Origin: Squalus acanthias | Taxonomy: Eukaryota | DNA length: 64,000 bases | Reading direction: 5' to 3' | Assembly: GCA_030390025.1 (NCBI GenBank) | Contig: CM059432.1 | Coordinates: 13,082,001-13,146,000 of the forward strand | In this document: piece by piece, positions 61,603-64,000 of the stretch | Layout: every line of letters starts with the position of its first letter | Numbering within the stretch: position 1 is the stretch's first letter | Translations under genes and position numbers: made by a program | Notes under the pieces: model-generated | Seen by the model: the letters and a program-made list of their open reading frames with translations, nothing else | The model's database searches: none | Told to the model about the DNA's origin: nothing

Positions 61603-64000
61603 AGTCATAGAGTTATACAGCACGGATAGAGGCCCTTCTGCCCATCGTGTCCGCGCCGGCCATCAAACCCTGTCTAATCTAATCCCATTTTCCAGCATTT
61701 GGTCCGTAGCCTTGTATGCTATGGCGTTTCAAGTGCTCATCTAAATGCTTCTTGAATGTTGTGAGGGTTCCTGCCTCCACAACCCTTTCAGGCAGTGAGT
61801 TCCAGACTCCAACCACCCTCTGGGTGAAAAAGTTCTTTCTCAAATCCCTTCTAAACCTCCCGCCCTTTACCTTGAATCTATGCCCCCTTGTTATAGACCC
61901 CTCTACTAAGGGAAAAAGCTCCTTAGTATCCATCCTATCTATGCCCCTCATAATTTTGTACACCTCAATCATGTCCCCCCTCAGCCTCCTCTGCTCCAAG
62001 GAAAACAAACCCAATCTGCCCAGTCTCTCTTCATAGCTGAAGCACTCCAGCCCGGGTAACATTCTGGTGAATCTCCTCTGCACCCTCTCCAAAGCTATCA
62101 CATCCTTCCTGTAGTGTGGCGACCAGAACTGCACACAGTATTCCAGATGTGGCCTAACCAGTGTTTTATACAGCTCCATCATAACCTCCTTGCTCTTATA
62201 TTCTATGCCTCGGCTAATGAATGCAAGTATCCCATATGCCTTTTTTACCACCTTATCCACCTGTTCCGCCGCCTTCAGGGATCTGAGTACTTGCACACCA
62301 AGATCCCTCTGACCCTCCGTCTTGCCTAGGGTCTTACCATTCATTGTGTATTCCCTTGCCTTGTTAGTCCCTCCAAAGTGCATCACCTCGCACTTTTCCG
62401 GATTAAATTCCATTTGCCACTGTTCCGCCCATCTGACCAACCCATCTATATCGTCCTGCAGACTGAGGCTACCCTCCTCGCTATTTACCACCCTACCAAT
62501 TTTTGTATCATCCGCGAACTTACTGATCATACCTTTTACATTCATATCCAAGTCGTTAATGTAGACCACAAACAGCAAGGGACCCAGCACCGATCCCTGT
62601 GGTACCCCACTGGCCACAGGCTTCCAGTCACAAAAACAACCTTCGACCATCACCCTCTGCCTTCTGCCACTGAGCCAGTTTTGTATCCAATGTGCCAAGG
62701 CACCCTGGATTCCATGGGCTCTTACCTTCTTGACCAGTCTCCTGTGCGGGACTTTATCGAAGGCCTTACTGAAATCCATGTATACCACATCCACTGCGTT
62801 ACCCTCATCCACACACCTAGTCACCCCCTCAAAAAATTCAATCAAATTCGTCAGACATGATCTTCCCTTGACAAAGCCATGTTGGCTAATCCTGATTAAT
62901 CCTTGCCTCTCCAAGTGGAGACTAATTTTGTCCCTCAGAATTTTTTCCAATAATTTTCCTACCACTGATGTTAGGCTCACTGGCCTGTAGTTCCCCGGTT
63001 TTTCCCTACTCCCTTTCTTGAATAATGGTACTACATTAGCGGTTCTCCAGTCCTCTGGCACATCCCCTGTGGCCAGAGAGGTTCTGAATATATATGTTAG
63101 AGCCCCCGCAATCTCCTCCTTTGCCTCACACAGCAGCCTGGGATACATTTCGTCCGGACCTGGGGATTTATCCATTTTTAGACCTGCTAAAACCGCCAAT
63201 ACCTCCTCCCTCTCGATGTTAAAATGTTCGAGTATATCACAGTCCCCCTGCCCTAATTTTATGTCTGCATCGTCCTTCTCCATAGTGAAAACAGATGCAA
63301 AAAATTCATTTAGAACCCCACCTACATCTTCCTGCTCCACACACAGATTGCCACTTTTGTCCCTAATAGGCCCTATTTTTTCCCTAGTTATCCTCTTACC
63401 CTTAATATACTTATAAAACATCTTAGGATTTTCCTTTATTTTGCTCGCCAGTGTTATTTCATGGCCCCTCCTTGATCTCCTAATTTCTTTTTTAAGTATC
63501 CCCCTGCACTTTTTGTACTCCTCTAGGGCTTCCTCCGTCTTTAGCATTTTGTATCTGCCAAAAGCCCTCCTTTTTTTCCTGATCCATTCTCGTATATCCC
63601 CTGACATCCAAGGTTCCCTGGGGTTTTTGGAACCACCCTTGACCTTTACGGGAACATGCTGCCATTGTATGATCTCAATCTCCCTTCTGAAAGAATCCCA
63701 TTGCTCCGATGCGGATTTTCCTACAAGCAGCTGATCCCAGTCCATTTTGGCCAGATCCTGCCTTATCTTATTAAAATCGGCCTTCCCCCAATTTAGAACC
63801 TTTATTTCCGGCCCATCCCTGTCCTTTTCCATGACCACCTTAAATCTCACCGTATTATGGTCACTGTCACCAAAGTGCTCACCTACTAGCATTTCTTCCA
63901 CTTGGCCGGCCACATTTCCTAGAATTAGGTCCAGTACCGCCCCCTCCCTTGTAGGACTTTCTACATGCTGGCTCAAAAAGCTCTCCTGGATGCACTTTAA
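61603..64000 (-). mobile_element. Young CR1 LINE that runs past the window edge
   Basis: 3' tail ctgtataactctatgac; uninterrupted ORF2. Confidence 0.95.
61679..63976 (-). CDS. CR1 ORF2 (end of APE endonuclease plus reverse transcriptase), at least 765 aa
   Basis: Motifs SDHN, KSPGPD, NYRPVSLTS, DFSKAFDKVPH, GVPQGSVLGP and KFADD with no stop codons. Confidence 0.95.
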   Translation of the reverse strand: MSQHVESPTREGAVLDLILGNVAGQVEEMLVGEHFGDSDHNTVRFKVVMEKDRDGPEIKVLNWGKADFNKIRQDLAKMDWDQLLVGKSASEQWDSFRREIEIIQWQHVPVKVKGGSKNPREPWMSGDIREWIRKKRRAFGRYKMLKTEEALEEYKKCRGILKKEIRRSRRGHEITLASKIKENPKMFYKYIKGKRITREKIGPIRDKSGNLCVEQEDVGGVLNEFFASVFTMEKDDADIKLGQGDCDILEHFNIEREEVLAVLAGLKMDKSPGPDEMYPRLLCEAKEEIAGALTYIFRTSLATGDVPEDWRTANVVPLFKKGSREKPGNYRPVSLTSVVGKLLEKILRDKISLHLERQGLIRISQHGFVKGRSCLTNLIEFFEGVTRCVDEGNAVDVVYMDFSKAFDKVPHRRLVKKVRAHGIQGALAHWIQNWLSGRRQRVMVEGCFCDWKPVASGVPQGSVLGPLLFVVYINDLDMNVKGMISKFADDTKIGRVVNSEEGSLSLQDDIDGLVRWAEQWQMEFNPEKCEVMHFGGTNKAREYTMNGKTLGKTEGQRDLGVQVLRSLKAAEQVDKVVKKAYGILAFISRGIEYKSKEVMMELYKTLVRPHLEYCVQFWSPHYRKDVIALERVQRRFTRMLPGLECFSYEERLGRLGLFSLEQRRLRGDMIEVYKIMRGIDRMDTKELFPLVEGSITRGHRFKVKGGRFRRDLRKNFFTQRVVGVWNSLPERVVEAGTLTTFKKHLDEHLKRHSIQGYGPNAGKWD

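Noticed and set aside
61716..63734. Several plus-strand ORFs
   Set aside because: Antisense shadows of the CR1 ORF2

Overview
Eukaryotic, repeat-rich vertebrate DNA. The repeat set (CR1, L2, HER1/HE1-like and Deu-type SINEs) points to a cartilaginous fish, probably a shark. One host gene is visible: the 3' part of a VAMP-associated protein A(-like) gene on the minus strand, with four coding exons (57049-56946, 50063-49983, 46718-46539, 32457-32296) and a candidate 267-nt cassette exon at 48150-47884. Its last intron holds a full-length but frameshifted 4.3-kb PIF/Harbinger transposon (DDE transposase plus a 3-exon Myb/SANT gene), and two ~0.85-kb MITEs of the same family lie elsewhere in the window. 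The most striking accessory system is a Penelope-like (GIY-YIG) retroelement family with four insertions. All four carry minimal type-I hammerhead ribozyme motifs and have 11-13-bp TSDs, two are head-to-head palindromes, and two landed independently at the same 11-bp site of one CR1 subfamily. The window also has a 3.7-kb array of a 34-bp minisatellite, two intronic inverted duplications, Tc1/mariner and hAT MITEs and a young CR1 with an intact ORF2. No prokaryotic features or CRISPR arrays were found. Family names come from recognising motifs, not from database searches.
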